DNA of 47,118 nucleotides from Candidatus Limnocylindrales bacterium (GCA_037720745.1 JBBJNS010000003.1:1-47118), one strand, 5' to 3'; counted from the stretch's first letter, positions 29,348 to 41,922 are shown. The notes: generated by a model from the sequence alone, not told the origin. A program made the numbers and translations.

Positions 29348-30532
29348 GTGAAGATCCAGGAAGCAGACGCCAAGTCGCTCCTCGTCGCTCAGGGCCTGCC
29401 CGTGCCTCCGTGGGCGGTGGCCCGGACGGCGGCCGACGCGCGCGCCGCGGCCGAGAGACTCTTCTCGGCCGGTGCCCAGCAGGTCGTCATCAAGGCGCAG
29501 GTGCTGGTCGGTGGCCGTGGCAAGGCCGGCGGCGTGAAGCTGGCCACCGACCCGGCCGCTGCCGAGGAGGTCGCGGCGGGCATCCTGGGCATGGACATCA
29601 AGGGCATCACGGTGCGTAAGGTGCTGGTCGCGCCGGCCGCCGATATCGTGCACGAGTACTACCTCTCGGCGGTGCTGGATCGCGGCGCGCGGCGGGTCCT
29701 TTATATGGGCTCCGCGGAGGGCGGCGTCGACATCGAGCAGGTCGCCGAGGAGCGCCCTGAGGCGATCACCTACATGCACGCGCATCCCCATCTCGGCTTG
29801 CAGGACTTCCAGGCGCGTGAACTGTGCTTCGCCATGGGCCTCGGGGGGCATCTCAAGGAGTTCGCGCGCGTCGCCAAGGGCCTGTACGCCACGATGGTGG
29901 CCAACGACGCTGACCTCGTGGAGATCAACCCGCTGGCTGTCGTGCGCGAGAACGGCCCGGACGGCGCCCCCGTCGAGCGGCTCCAGGCCCTGGACGCGAA
30001 GATCACCCTCGACGACTCGGCACTTCACCGGCACCCGGGCCTGGAAGAGCTGCGCGACCTGGACGAGGAGGACCCCGTCGACATCGAAGCGCGCGCTGAG
30101 GGTCTCAGCTTCATTCGTCTCGAGGGCGACATCGGCTGCATGGTCAACGGCGCGGGCCTGGCGATGACCACCATGGACCTCGTCAAGCGGGCCGGCGGCC
30201 AGCCCGCCAACTTCCTGGACATCGGGGGCGGCGCGCGCTCGGACAAGGTGGCCGCTGCGATGCGCCTGATCCTGGCCGACAACAGCGTGCGGGCCATCCT
30301 CGTCAACATCTTCGGCGGCATCGCGCGCGGCGACGAAGTGGCACGAGGTCTGGTCGAGGCGCGCCGTCAGCAGGAGCGCCGCGTGCCCATGGTGGTACGC
30401 ATCGTGGGCACTAACGCGGAGCTGGCCGCGGAGATCCTGAGCGGCATCGAGGGTATCGAGACGGCTACCAGCCTGGACGACGCCGTGGAACGGGCCGTGG
30501 CCGCCTCTCGCGCGCAGCTGGCCGGCACGTGA
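29348..30532 (+). CDS. sucC: Succinyl-CoA synthetase beta subunit
   Basis: [36 protein letters not shown] and NIFGGI motifs. Confidence 0.96.
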   Translation: MKIQEADAKSLLVAQGLPVPPWAVARTAADARAAAERLFSAGAQQVVIKAQVLVGGRGKAGGVKLATDPAAAEEVAAGILGMDIKGITVRKVLVAPAADIVHEYYLSAVLDRGARRVLYMGSAEGGVDIEQVAEERPEAITYMHAHPHLGLQDFQARELCFAMGLGGHLKEFARVAKGLYATMVANDADLVEINPLAVVRENGPDGAPVERLQALDAKITLDDSALHRHPGLEELRDLDEEDPVDIEARAEGLSFIRLEGDIGCMVNGAGLAMTTMDLVKRAGGQPANFLDIGGGARSDKVAAAMRLILADNSVRAILVNIFGGIARGDEVARGLVEARRQQERRVPMVVRIVGTNAELAAEILSGIEGIETATSLDDAVERAVAASRAQLAGT

Positions 30533-31416
30533 GCATCCTGGTCGGCCGCGACACCCGACTCGTGGTGCAGGGCATCACGGGTCGAGAGGGCACCTTCCAT
30601 GCCCAGCAGATGCAGGAGTACGGGACCCGTATCGTGGCCGGCGTCACGCCCGGCAAGGGCGGGCAGTCGGCACTGGACGGCACGGTACCCGTGTTCGACA
30701 CCGTTCGGGAAGCCGTATCTCAGGCCGGTGCCGACACGTCGGTCATCTACGTGCCGGCGGCGGGCGCGCCGGACGCCATCCTGGAAGCGGTGGCGGCGGG
30801 CATCGGCACCATCTTCTGCATCACCGAGCACATCCCCGCCCTCGACATGCTCAAGGTGATGCCCGAGGTGCAGGCCGCCGGCGCCCGCCTGGTAGGACCG
30901 AATTGCCCGGGTGCCACGTCGCCCGGCCAGGCAAAGGTCGGCATCATCCCCGGATCCATCCATCGGGAAGGCCGCACCGGACTGGTCAGCCGCTCGGGGA
31001 CCCTGACCTACGAGGTGGTGCAGGCCTTGACTGATGCGGGCATGGGCCAGTCGACCTGCGTGGGCATCGGCGGTGACCCCATCGTGGGCAGCACCTTCAT
31101 CGACATCCTTGCGCTGTTTCGCGACGACCCCGATACGGACGCCCTGGTCCTCATGGGCGAGATCGGTGGCGATGCCGAGGAGCAGGCCGCTATCTGGAAG
31201 CAAGAGCACCTCCCGGACACGCCCATGGTCGCCTTCATCGCCGGCCGGACGGCACCGCCAGGCCGGCGCATGGGCCATGCCGGAGCGATCATCAGCGGCA
31301 GCAGTGGCTCGGCACAGGACAAGATCGACGCCTTGGAAGCGGCCGGCATCCGGGTCGCCGAGTCGCCCACGGAGATCCCCCGTCTGCTTCAGGAGGCCGG
31401 CGTCCGTCCGGCATGA
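30529..31416 (+). CDS. sucD: Succinyl-CoA synthetase alpha subunit
   Basis: [21 protein letters not shown] and RMGHAGA (phospho-His) motifs. Confidence 0.97.
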   Translation: MSILVGRDTRLVVQGITGREGTFHAQQMQEYGTRIVAGVTPGKGGQSALDGTVPVFDTVREAVSQAGADTSVIYVPAAGAPDAILEAVAAGIGTIFCITEHIPALDMLKVMPEVQAAGARLVGPNCPGATSPGQAKVGIIPGSIHREGRTGLVSRSGTLTYEVVQALTDAGMGQSTCVGIGGDPIVGSTFIDILALFRDDPDTDALVLMGEIGGDAEEQAAIWKQEHLPDTPMVAFIAGRTAPPGRRMGHAGAIISGSSGSAQDKIDALEAAGIRVAESPTEIPRLLQEAGVRPA

Positions 31417-32240
31417 CCGAAGAAGCGCTGCGGGTCAACCAGCAGCTGTGGGACGAGTGGACGCGGATCCACGAGACGTCCTCCTTCTACGATCTGGAGG
31501 GCTTCAGGCGAGGCGGCATCCGCCTGCGCCCCTACGAGCTCGAGGAGATCGGCGACGTGGCCGGCCGGGACCTGCTGCACCTGCAGTGCCACTTCGGTAT
31601 CGACACGCTCTCCTGGGCGCGACTAGGCGCCCGGGTCACGGGTACCGACTTCTCCCCTGCCGCCATCGAGTTGGCCACCCGCCTGGCTGGCGAGCTGGAG
31701 CTGGACGCCCGCTTCGTCCGCTCGGACCTCTATGACCTGCCCAACGTGCTGGAGGGCGAGTTCGACCTCGTCTACACCTCGCGGGGCGTGCTGGGCTGGC
31801 TGCCGGACATCAGCCGCTGGGCTCGCGTCGTGAGCCACTTCCTGAAGCCCGGTGGCACCTTCTACATCACCGAGATCCACCCCGTAGCACAGGCCTTCGA
31901 GAACGAAGGGGTGGCGCCCGGCGAACTGCGTCTCCAATACCCGTACTGGGAGCATCCCGAGCCCCTCGCCTTCGTGGTGGAGGGCTCCTATGCTGACCGG
32001 TCCGCCACTGTCTCGACCCACACCGAGTACGGCTGGGACCACGGCCTGGGCGAGATCGTCACGGCCCTCATCGAGGCGGGTCTGCGCATCGAGTCGCTGC
32101 GCGAGTTCCCGTGGGTCGCCTGGCAGCTCGACTTCCTGGCACAAGACGGCGATCACTCATGGCGCCTGCCACCGGACATCCCCGGCGAGCTGCCGCTCTC
32201 CTTCTCTCTACTGGCCATGAAGCCGACCCTGGGCGCGTAG
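31413..32240 (+). CDS. Class I SAM-dependent methyltransferase
   Basis: [12 protein letters not shown] (motif I variant), TGTDFS, FDLVYTS and LKPGG; ATGA overlap with sucD. Confidence 0.85.
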   Translation: MTEEALRVNQQLWDEWTRIHETSSFYDLEGFRRGGIRLRPYELEEIGDVAGRDLLHLQCHFGIDTLSWARLGARVTGTDFSPAAIELATRLAGELELDARFVRSDLYDLPNVLEGEFDLVYTSRGVLGWLPDISRWARVVSHFLKPGGTFYITEIHPVAQAFENEGVAPGELRLQYPYWEHPEPLAFVVEGSYADRSATVSTHTEYGWDHGLGEIVTALIEAGLRIESLREFPWVAWQLDFLAQDGDHSWRLPPDIPGELPLSFSLLAMKPTLGA

Positions 32241-32257
32241 CCGGCGCCGCCTGCCCT

Positions 32258-32725
32258 CTACGCCGGCGGTCGCAGCCCGAGAGCTATCCAAGCGGGACCA
32301 CCTGCTGCTTCGATGAGCTCGATGAGCAGACCCTGGGTGCTGCGGGGGTGAAGGAAGGCCACAGGCCCCTCGCCACCCGGCCGGGGTGCGGCATCCACCA
32401 GCTCCACGCCCTCGGCGGCAAGGTCAGCGAGCGCCCGAGCGAGGTCGGGTACCTCGAAGCAGACGTGGTGAAAACCCTCCCCGCGCGTCTCCAGGAAGCG
32501 AGCCACGCCGGTGTCTGGGTCGACCGGCTCCACCAACTCGACCTTGCTCTCCCCCACCGACAGAAACGCGATGCGCACGCCGTCCGACGCTACGGGCAAA
32601 ACGCCTTCGACGGGCAGGCCCAGCACATCTCGCCAGAGAGGCAAGGCGTCGTCCAAGCCGCGCACCACCAAGGCGATGTGGTGCACCCGGCCCAAACCCA
32701 GGCGCCGTGCAGTGCCCTCGAACAC
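32258..32725 (-). CDS. mce: Methylmalonyl-CoA epimerase (VOC fold)
   Basis: HHIALVV, ELVEP, RGEGFHHVCFEV and FLHPRST..LIELIE motifs; AGGAGG RBS; adjacent to the mutase. Confidence 0.92.
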   Translation of the reverse strand: MFEGTARRLGLGRVHHIALVVRGLDDALPLWRDVLGLPVEGVLPVASDGVRIAFLSVGESKVELVEPVDPDTGVARFLETRGEGFHHVCFEVPDLARALADLAAEGVELVDAAPRPGGEGPVAFLHPRSTQGLLIELIEAAGGPAWIALGLRPPA

Positions 32726-32736
32726 GCCGCTCCTCC

Positions 32737-34332
32737 TCAGACCGTGAGGAGCTCGCGGTGCTCCCCCCAGCAGGCGCGCAACCGGTCGCTCATCTCACCC
32801 AGCGTGGCGCCTGCCTTGGCGCCTTCGATGAGTGCAGGCAAGAGGTTCTCGCTGCCCGACGCGGCACCGGCCACGGCATCCATGGCACGCGACCACCGAT
32901 GTGGATCCCTATGGGCCCGCACGTGGCGCGTGCGCTCGACCTGCCTCCGCTCCGAGTCGGGATCCAGCCGTTGAAGACTGGGGCTGGCCACAGGATCATC
33001 GACGAAGCCGTTGACGCCGACCACGATGCGCTCCTTGCCCTCCACCTCGCGCTGGTACCGGAAGGCGGCGTCCTGGATGGCTCGCTGCTGGAAGCCACGC
33101 TCGATGGCCTTGAGGGCGCCGCCCATACCTTCGATCTGCGCGAGATATCCACCCGCGGCACCTTCCAACTGGTCGGTAAGGGTCTCGACGTAGTAGCTTC
33201 CCGCCAGGGGATCGGGCGTCTCGGTCACGCCGCTCTCGTGGGCGAGGATCTGCTGAGTGCGCAGCGCCAGGCGGGCCGAGAGCTCGGTCGGCAGAGCCAG
33301 GGCCTCATCACGAGCGTTGGTGTGCAGGCTCTGAGCACCACCGAGCACCGCCGCGAGTGCCTGGACGGTGGTGCGCACCACATTGTTGTCGATGGACTGC
33401 GCTGTGAGGCTGGATCCGGCGGTCTGCACGTGGAAGCGACACTTCATCGAGCGCGCTTCGGTGGCTCCGAAACGGTCGCGCATCACCCGTGCCCACATCC
33501 GGCGGGCGGCGCGGAACTTGGCGACTTCTTCGAACAGCTCGCTCCAGGCGGCGAAGAAGAAGCTTAGGCGACCCGCGAAGGCGTCCACGTCCAGGCCTCG
33601 CGCGCGGGCAGCCTCTACGTACTCGATCCCGTCGGCGATGGTGAAGGCCAGCTCCTGGGCGGCAGTCGCCCCCGCCTCCCGCATGTGATAGCCACTGATG
33701 GAGATGGTATTCCAGCGTGGCAGCTCGCTGGCGCAGAAGTCGAAGATGTCGGTCACCAGGCGCATCGAAGCGTCGGTCGGGTAGATATAGGTGCCCCGCG
33801 CGATGTACTCCTTCAGGATGTCGTTCTGGACCGTGCCTCCCAAGCGGTCACGTGGCACACCCCGCTCGTCCGCCACGGCAACGTAGAAGGCGAGGAGGAT
33901 GGCGGCCGTGGCGTTGATGGTCATGGAGGTCGTGATCTCATCGAGCGGCAGTCCCTCAAGGAGGGTCTCCATGTCCTCCAGCGTGCTGACCGGCACTCCC
34001 ACCCGGCCTACCTCCCCCTCTGCCTGAGGGGCATCGGGGTCATAGCCCATCTGGGTGGGCAGGTCGAAGGCTACTGACAGGCCCGTCTGCCCTCGTTCGA
34101 GGAGGTAGTGGAAGCGCGCGTTGGTGTCAGCGGCAGTCGAGAAACCGGCGTACTGCCGCATCGTCCAAAGCTGGCCGCGGTACATCGTGGCCTGGACGCC
34201 GCGTGTGAAGGGGTACTCACCAGGCCGGCCCAAGTCACCGTCCTCATCGAGGGAGGTCGTATCGGCGGCCGTGTAAAGCGGGGCGATCTCTATCTCGCTG
34301 GACGTCCGGAACGTGGTCCTGCGCTCAGTCAT
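32737..34332 (-). CDS. Methylmalonyl-CoA mutase, large substrate-binding subunit (no B12-binding domain)
   Basis: [38 protein letters not shown] and [12 protein letters not shown]; 531 aa ending ATLGEM with no DxHxxG motif. Confidence 0.93.
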   Translation of the reverse strand: MTERRTTFRTSSEIEIAPLYTAADTTSLDEDGDLGRPGEYPFTRGVQATMYRGQLWTMRQYAGFSTAADTNARFHYLLERGQTGLSVAFDLPTQMGYDPDAPQAEGEVGRVGVPVSTLEDMETLLEGLPLDEITTSMTINATAAILLAFYVAVADERGVPRDRLGGTVQNDILKEYIARGTYIYPTDASMRLVTDIFDFCASELPRWNTISISGYHMREAGATAAQELAFTIADGIEYVEAARARGLDVDAFAGRLSFFFAAWSELFEEVAKFRAARRMWARVMRDRFGATEARSMKCRFHVQTAGSSLTAQSIDNNVVRTTVQALAAVLGGAQSLHTNARDEALALPTELSARLALRTQQILAHESGVTETPDPLAGSYYVETLTDQLEGAAGGYLAQIEGMGGALKAIERGFQQRAIQDAAFRYQREVEGKERIVVGVNGFVDDPVASPSLQRLDPDSERRQVERTRHVRAHRDPHRWSRAMDAVAGAASGSENLLPALIEGAKAGATLGEMSDRLRACWGEHRELLTV

Positions 34333-34359
34333 GGCCAGAGCATACGGGTCGCGAGGACG

Positions 34360-34857
34360 CTACTCCAGGGTCACCAGGTCGTCGCCCAACTCGACGGTCT
34401 GCCCGATACCGACCGGCAGAGCGCCGACGACCCCGGCCCGCGGAGCACGCACCTCGTTCTCCATCTTCATGGCATCGACCGCCAGGAGACGCTGTCCAGC
34501 CTCGACCGTGTCCCCGGTCTTCACCCAGAGGCGAACGACCCGACCCGGGATCTGGGCACGGATGGTGATGTGGACCTGGAGACCGGCTTCCTTCGCGGAG
34601 CGGCTGACCCGTTCCTGGAGCCGCGCCCGGTCAGCCGATCCGACGGAGACCTGAAAGACCCAACCGTCCACCACGGCCTCGTAGCGCCGCTGGCCGACAG
34701 CCCTGGATGCGACGGTGTCGGGTAGCGGCCGGACGTGGGAGGAAGGGTGACTGTCGGCGCGGTCCGACGCCGAAGGCACGATGCCATCGACCTCCACGAC
34801 TACCGGGTCGGGCCCTTCGACGGTCGCGCGAAGGCGAGCTGGCTTGCTTAGGACCAT
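34360..34857 (-). CDS. Biotin carboxyl carrier protein
   Basis: AQIPGRVV and DAMKMENE (biotinylated Lys) motifs. Confidence 0.88.
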   Translation of the reverse strand: MVLSKPARLRATVEGPDPVVVEVDGIVPSASDRADSHPSSHVRPLPDTVASRAVGQRRYEAVVDGWVFQVSVGSADRARLQERVSRSAKEAGLQVHITIRAQIPGRVVRLWVKTGDTVEAGQRLLAVDAMKMENEVRAPRAGVVGALPVGIGQTVELGDDLVTLE

Positions 34858-36425
34858 CTGTCCACGGCTTCCTGACGAGCCGCCTCCTGCCACGCTCCCG
34901 TGCTGCCCGTTTCCTGACCCCCCGTGAGCTCCATCCGCGTGCCTCCCGACGCCTGCGCCTCGTGCGCCTCGTGCGCGGCGAGTTGGGCCACGGCTTCAGC
35001 GGCGCGCCCTGCAGCTGCGCGCCACAACGGCTCGGGGTCCCAGGTCAATGCCACCAGGTCCGTCCTAAGGCGGCCCACGACGAAGTCGGTTTGGTCCACC
35101 AGCCAACGGTGGAACGGCAACGTCGTCTGGATGCCACCGACCTCGAACTCGCGCAGGGCCCGTCGCAAGCGGGCGAGGGCAGCCTCTCGATCAGGGGCGA
35201 CCACGAGCAGCTTGGCGAGTAGTGGGTCGTATTCCGGCGTGACTACCGTCCCCTCCTCCACGCCAGCGTCGATGCGGATGCCTGGCCCCCCAGGCTCTCG
35301 CCAGCGAGTGATCTTTCCCGGCGCGGGAGCGAAGTCGGTCAGGGGATGCTCAGCGCTGATACGAACTTCGATGGCGTGATGCGTAGGCTCGGCGGCGCTG
35401 GCAGCCGCTGCAAGCACGGGGGGAGAGAGTGGCGACCCGGCCGCGATGGCCAACTGCTCGCGGACGAGGTCAAGACCGGTTACGAGCTCGGTCACGCCGT
35501 GTTCAACCTGGAGGCGAGCGTTTACTTCCAAGAAGTAGAAGTCACCGTTCGGCGTCAGGAGGAACTCGGCGGTGGCCGCGTTTCGCAGGCCGACCGTGGC
35601 GGCGATGCGGACCGCCAACGTGTGCACCGTCCGGCGTTGCTCGGTGCTCAGCCCGGGTGCCGGCGCCTCTTCTACCAACTTTTGATGTCGCCTTTGTACC
35701 GAGCAATCTCGCTCGCCCAGCGCCACCACGGTGCCGTGGTCGTCGCCCAGCAGCTGCACCTCCACATGCCGGCCACCCTCCACGAAGCGCTCTAGGTACA
35801 CCGCTCCATCTCCGAACGCAGCCGCCGCCTCTCGAGTGGCCGCCGCGATGGCAGCCGCCAGCTCCGCTGGATGGTCGACCCGACGCATGCCCCGGCCGCC
35901 GCCCCCGGCGGCGGCCTTGACGAGGAGAGGCCAGCCGATGCGCTCAGCCTCGGCGGCCACCTCGGCCATCGCTTGGGGACTGTCCGTCCGCAGCGGTTCG
36001 AAGGTACCCGGAACGATGGGCACCTCTGCCGAGATGGCGGCTCGCCGCGCGGCTAGCTTGTCACCAAGTCGGGCCAGCGTCTCCGGCGATGGGCCGATGA
36101 ACACCAGGCCGGCAGCCTCGCAGGAGGCTGCGAAGTCGGCTCGCTCCGACAGGAAACCGTAGCCCGGATGGATGGCGTCGGCACCGCTACGCAGCGCCGC
36201 CTCAACGATGCGACCGCCGACGAGGTACGACTCGGCCGCTGGCGCCGGTCCGATGTGCCGCGCATGGTCGGCCGCGCGGACATGTCGTGCCGTCCGATCC
36301 GCGTCGCTGAAGACCGCGACGCTTTCGATCTCCGCGTCGCGGCAGGCACGGATGATTCGCAGCGCGATCTCGCCCCGGTTGGCGATGAGGACGCGCTTCA
36401 GGCTCGGACGCGCGGAACGCCTCAT
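34848..36425 (-). CDS. Biotin carboxylase subunit of acetyl/propionyl-CoA carboxylase
   Basis: VLIANRGEIA, HPGYGFLSE, GGGGRGMR, ERDCSVQRRHQK and EVNARLQVEH motifs. Confidence 0.93.
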   Translation of the reverse strand: MRRSARPSLKRVLIANRGEIALRIIRACRDAEIESVAVFSDADRTARHVRAADHARHIGPAPAAESYLVGGRIVEAALRSGADAIHPGYGFLSERADFAASCEAAGLVFIGPSPETLARLGDKLAARRAAISAEVPIVPGTFEPLRTDSPQAMAEVAAEAERIGWPLLVKAAAGGGGRGMRRVDHPAELAAAIAAATREAAAAFGDGAVYLERFVEGGRHVEVQLLGDDHGTVVALGERDCSVQRRHQKLVEEAPAPGLSTEQRRTVHTLAVRIAATVGLRNAATAEFLLTPNGDFYFLEVNARLQVEHGVTELVTGLDLVREQLAIAAGSPLSPPVLAAAASAAEPTHHAIEVRISAEHPLTDFAPAPGKITRWREPGGPGIRIDAGVEEGTVVTPEYDPLLAKLLVVAPDREAALARLRRALREFEVGGIQTTLPFHRWLVDQTDFVVGRLRTDLVALTWDPEPLWRAAAGRAAEAVAQLAAHEAHEAQASGGTRMELTGGQETGSTGAWQEAARQEAVDRWS

Positions 36426-36459
36426 CGACGCCGTGCGCCGACCAACCGCGTAGTCCAGG

Positions 36460-36477
36460 TGTCTTTGCGCAAAGACA
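36460..36477. promoter_or_regulatory. Perfect 18-bp palindrome TGTCTTTGCGCAAAGACA, candidate non-canonical parS (copy 1, intergenic)
   Basis: 36458-36477 is identical over 20 bp to 39645-39664 inside parB. Confidence 0.7.
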
Positions 36478-36528
36478 GCTCCGCCTCCCCGACGACTGCC
36501 GCCGCTCCACTGGCGACCCGATGAGACA

Positions 36529-38082
<1,554 letters not shown>

Positions 38083-38181
38083 GCGACCCTCCCTTAGTCC
38101 CGCACGATAGGCCGTGGCGAGCGCGCCGTATCCTACCAGCGGCCTCTGGCGCCCTCCTACACCCGCAGCTGCGCCAGGGAG

Positions 38182-38224
38182 TTGTCCACCGATTCGGTGG
38201 ACGAACCGCCCGGAATGTGGATAA
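38182..38224. promoter_or_regulatory. Cluster of DnaA-type boxes upstream of parA
   Basis: TGTGGATAA at 38216-38224 (perfect TTATCCACA on the minus strand), plus degenerate TTGTCCACC (38182-38190) and GGTGGACGA (38196-38204). Confidence 0.6.
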
Positions 38225-38258
38225 ACCGCATCGGGCGATGGCCGGATGTTTGCTACAT

Positions 38259-38290
38259 TCAGCCCTCACGCCACTCAGCCCTCACGCCAC
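38259..38290. repeat. Perfect 16-bp tandem repeat in the parA leader
   Basis: TCAGCCCTCACGCCAC twice, beginning at the end of a TACATT -10-like hexamer. Confidence 0.88.
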
Positions 38291-38324
38291 CACGTCTGCG
38301 CGGCGCCCGCTAGGAGAGGAACCT

Positions 38325-39095
38325 TTGGCCCGAGTCATCTCCATCGCCAACCAGAAAGGTGGAGTCGGCAAGACGACCACCGCCATCAACCTGGCCGGCT
38401 CACTCGCCGAGCATGGCCACCGGATCCTGTGCATCGACATGGACGCCCAAGCCAACCTGACCGTGGGGCTTGGCCTGAACCCGCGCACCATCGAACGCTC
38501 CATCGCCAACGTCCTCATCGACGCCGACGTGTCCCTCCAGGATATCGTCGTCCCGACACAGACGGCTGGCATCGACGTGGCCCCATCCGACATCGACCTG
38601 TCAGCTACGGAGAACACGCTGTTCAGCGCCATCGGTCGCGAGCACGCCCTCCGTGAAGCCATCGGAGAGTGGGCCGGCGCCCACTACGATTACATCATCA
38701 TCGACTGCCCGCCGACACTGGGACTGCTGACCATCAACGCGCTCGTCGCGTCGGAGAGCGTGATCATCCCCGTCCAGACGCAGTACTACGCGCTCAAGGG
38801 CTTCAACGCCCTGGTCAACGTCATCAACCAGATCCGCAACCGAGGCCTGAACTCGGACCTGCGCATCCTCGGCCTCCTGCCGACCTTCTTCGACGGACGG
38901 ACGCTGCTCGGGCGAGACATGCTCGCGGAGCTGAAGTCGATGGGTGACCACCACATCTTCGAGAACATGATCAAGCAGACGGTCCGGCTCGGGGAAGCGC
39001 CGTTGGTCGGGCGTCCCGTGACGACATATGCCACCAGTTCAGACGCGGCCCGTGCATATCGCGGGCTAGCCCGGGAGGTGATGGAACTTGGCTAG
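38325..39095 (+). CDS. parA: ParA/Soj family ATPase
   Basis: Deviant Walker A NQKGGVGKTTT, DMDAQANLT, IIDCPP.LG and VRLGEAP; GGAGAGG RBS before TTG 38325. Confidence 0.95.
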   Translation: MARVISIANQKGGVGKTTTAINLAGSLAEHGHRILCIDMDAQANLTVGLGLNPRTIERSIANVLIDADVSLQDIVVPTQTAGIDVAPSDIDLSATENTLFSAIGREHALREAIGEWAGAHYDYIIIDCPPTLGLLTINALVASESVIIPVQTQYYALKGFNALVNVINQIRNRGLNSDLRILGLLPTFFDGRTLLGRDMLAELKSMGDHHIFENMIKQTVRLGEAPLVGRPVTTYATSSDAARAYRGLAREVMELG

Positions 39096-40083
39096 GCCGG
39101 ACTTCAGGAGCCAAGCGGCACAGCGGCTATCCGAGGAGCGGGACCTGTCGCCCCAGATCATCAGCCTGCTCTCACCGGATCCGCACGGCAAGGGTCATAC
39201 GTCGGTTCGCACCGTCCCGCTGGACCGGATAGACCCGAACCCACAGCAGCCGCGCATGACGTTCGATGAGGACACGCTGCGCGAACTGGCAGCGTCTATC
39301 ACGGAGCACGGGGTGCTCCAGCCGATCCTCATCAGGCCGGGCGACGAGGGTCGTTACCAGCTGGTTGCTGGAGAGCGACGTTGGCGGGCGGCGCGCATCG
39401 CCGGCCTGCGGGAGATCCCGGCGCTCATCGAGGAGATCGATGACGATACAGCGCTAGAGATCTCCATCATCGAGAACCTCCAACGGGAAGACCTCTCGCC
39501 GCTGGACGAGGCGCTGATGTATGAGCGCATGACGACCGATCACGGCTACAGCTTGAGGCGCCTCGCACAGAAGCTGGGCAAGGACAAGGGCTACATCGAG
39601 AATCGATTGCGTCTAGCCGACGCACCGGCCGAGATCAAGCAGCTGGTGTCTTTGCGCAAAGACACCCTTTCGCATGCCTACGAGCTGCTCAAGGTCGACG
39701 ATCCGAAGAAGCGGCGAAAGCTAGCGGAGCAGGTCGGCCGTGGCGAGTTGAGCTTGGTGAAGCTGCGCGAACGGATCGACGGCCGACCGCCTCGGCCGAC
39801 TGACGAGGAGGTCGCTCCGCCGGAGGAGTCGGCTGCGGACGAGCCGCAGGTCGTCGAGAGTCTCCTTCCCGGCGTGCCCGTCGGCGACGACTCGCTCATC
39901 GCCGCAAAGGCTCATCTCGGTGAAGCCCTGGACGAACTCTCAGCGATCCTCCAGTCGCAAGGGGCCGTAGCCGACATCGACGCCACAGATCGTCAGAACC
40001 TGGCTAAGTACCTGACCATCGCCAAGCTGCGCCTGGAGAACGCGATCACCCAGGTTCGACTGATGGAGCAGTCTCGCCGCTAG
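39088..40083 (+). CDS. parB: ParB/Spo0J family CTPase DNA-binding protein with divergent HTH and C-terminus
   Basis: PNPQQPR, GVLQPIL, LVAGERRWRA and IIENLQREDLSPLDEA motifs; HTH SLRRLAQKLGKDKGYIENRLRL. Confidence 0.93.
   Translation: MARPDFRSQAAQRLSEERDLSPQIISLLSPDPHGKGHTSVRTVPLDRIDPNPQQPRMTFDEDTLRELAASITEHGVLQPILIRPGDEGRYQLVAGERRWRAARIAGLREIPALIEEIDDDTALEISIIENLQREDLSPLDEALMYERMTTDHGYSLRRLAQKLGKDKGYIENRLRLADAPAEIKQLVSLRKDTLSHAYELLKVDDPKKRRKLAEQVGRGELSLVKLRERIDGRPPRPTDEEVAPPEESAADEPQVVESLLPGVPVGDDSLIAAKAHLGEALDELSAILQSQGAVADIDATDRQNLAKYLTIAKLRLENAITQVRLMEQSRR
39645..39666. promoter_or_regulatory. Perfect 22-bp palindrome GGTGTCTTTGCGCAAAGACACC inside parB, candidate non-canonical parS (copy 2)
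   Basis: Read directly; it encodes VSLRKDT just after the HTH. Confidence 0.7.
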
Positions 40084-40928
40084 AGGGCGGCGGCCAACCA
40101 TCCCCCACCCAAGAGGACGATGGAGGCGGCCTGCGCCTGCCAGCCCCGCTCACGGCGCTCAGGCTCGAGCGACCTGGACCACGACCAACCCGCCGCCGCT
40201 GAGAGACTCCCCGCTGCGACGGCGAGCATCGCGAGGGGTGTCGGTGCCGTAGCGTCGCCGGTCACCAGGGTCACCCAGGCGGTCATGTGGACGACCAGTT
40301 GGAGGAGACCAAGGATGGCCAACGCTCGCCCGCAGCCCAGAACCACGACTGGACCGCGCAGTCCTGCCATTCGATCACCTTCGATGTCGACCAACCCGTT
40401 GGCGAGCTGAAGCGTCGGACCCGCCAGAGCAGCCATGGGCAGCAATAGTTCTATTCGCGGTGGCAGGGCGCCAGCGACACCCCACCAGCCATAGACAGGC
40501 ACGGCCATGAATGCAACCGCGTAACACAGTCCGGCATAGGGTGTCGGTTTGAGGAATAAGTCGTAGACGAGCCCAGCGCCCAGCACCGCGAGGCCCAGTC
40601 CGGCCACGACCGAGCCTCCCACCAGGAGCGACACCACGATCCCACCGAGGCCCGCGGCCACCCCGATCGCGGCGGCACCTCGGCGAGAGATCGACCCTCC
40701 AGGGATCGGCTTGAACGGTTTGACGCGTGCGTCGATCGGCGCATCGACCACGTCATTGATCGCTCCGATCGAAGCCTGAAGGCCGAACATCCCCAGACCG
40801 AGAACTGCAGCGTGCTCGAGCGTGCCACCTGCCACGAGGGCCAAGGCGGCGACCATCAGGGAGTTCAGGAGCGAAGGAAAGGGATGAAGCAGCGCGATGA
40901 CTCGCAGCGCCTTGGCTTGCGGGGCCAC
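40080..40928 (-). CDS. UbiA-family prenyltransferase
   Basis: INDVVDAPID..KP.KPIPGG and NGLVDIEGD Asp-rich motifs; multiple TM segments. Confidence 0.85.
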   Translation of the reverse strand: MAPQAKALRVIALLHPFPSLLNSLMVAALALVAGGTLEHAAVLGLGMFGLQASIGAINDVVDAPIDARVKPFKPIPGGSISRRGAAAIGVAAGLGGIVVSLLVGGSVVAGLGLAVLGAGLVYDLFLKPTPYAGLCYAVAFMAVPVYGWWGVAGALPPRIELLLPMAALAGPTLQLANGLVDIEGDRMAGLRGPVVVLGCGRALAILGLLQLVVHMTAWVTLVTGDATAPTPLAMLAVAAGSLSAAAGWSWSRSLEPERRERGWQAQAASIVLLGGGWLAAAL

Positions 40929-40971
40929 GCTGCGCCTGGAACGCGTCAGTGTCTCGGTCCGATAAAGCTGA

Positions 40972-41349
40972 TCAGAGAAAGACGATCTCGTGGAAGTTGT
41001 CGGTCAGGTAGGTGACGAGCCGCGCGCGCGCATCCGGCAGCTGAGCGCGGAGTCCCGACACTAGGTAGTGCAGAGAGATGGCCGGCACCATGAGCTGTCC
41101 ATCTGCTGTCCGTCCAAAGGTCGCCGGAGCCCCTCCCCCGGCCGCGAACACGCGCTCCAGCCCAGCTTCGTTGAGGCCACTCGAGGTACGGAACGAAGCA
41201 AGCACCTTGATGACGCCGATCCTGATGCTGAGGTCGCGCATCAGTTCAGCCGACCAGGCATCGATGGCCTCGTCGGGCTGTTCCTCCAGTCGTCTCCGGT
41301 ATTGGGCCGGGTCGACCGAGAGTCCCGTCCCGGACACAGCGCCTCCCAT
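40972..41349 (-). CDS. Hypothetical protein (125 aa)
   Basis: Protein-like composition and fits between same-strand genes; no recognised motif. Confidence 0.65.
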   Translation of the reverse strand: MGGAVSGTGLSVDPAQYRRRLEEQPDEAIDAWSAELMRDLSIRIGVIKVLASFRTSSGLNEAGLERVFAAGGGAPATFGRTADGQLMVPAISLHYLVSGLRAQLPDARARLVTYLTDNFHEIVFL

Positions 41350-41395
41350 AGCGTCGATTCGTGGGTGGTCAGATGATACCCGGCCGCCCCGAGCC

Positions 41396-41785
41396 TCAGG
41401 CAGTGCGGCGAAAGACTCGCAGAAAACCCAGGATGATCAGCTCCACGATGGTCCAGCCGATGAGGGCGGCGATGGCCGCGACATCGAGGTCGGTGCCGCC
41501 AGCCGGAATCTGATTCCGTCCGAGGATGCCCCGGAACGGCGCCACGAAGATGTCGCTCAGGTCATAGATGAGGGCCACCAGGTCGTTTCCCTGGCGCGCC
41601 GCTACGAGCAGGAGCACGATACGCAGGATGAGCAGGCCCTGGATGAGCGCGAAGAGGAAGATGATCAACCGTTCCAAGACGTTGGTCCCGCTGGAACGGT
41701 AGGTCACCTCGGTCTGCGAGACGCTGGCGGGTGTGACAGGTGCGACCACATCGGTACGCGTCACGACGCGTCGTTCATCGACCAT
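41396..41785 (-). CDS. YggT-like membrane protein (second copy)
   Basis: LRIVLLL...YDLSDIFVAPFRGI...D.AAIAALI pattern; GGAGG RBS. Confidence 0.75.
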   Translation of the reverse strand: MVDERRVVTRTDVVAPVTPASVSQTEVTYRSSGTNVLERLIIFLFALIQGLLILRIVLLLVAARQGNDLVALIYDLSDIFVAPFRGILGRNQIPAGGTDLDVAAIAALIGWTIVELIILGFLRVFRRTA

Positions 41786-41922
41786 GGGTGGACCTCCAGG
41801 TTCGGGTGACGAGTGGCCGGGCCTGTCCAGCCCCCCACCGGCCGAGGTTAGACTAGGTTCGGCGTGCGTTCACTGTGGCACGTCTTCGCACCGCATTGCA
41901 GCTTCATGACGGAAGGAGCGGC

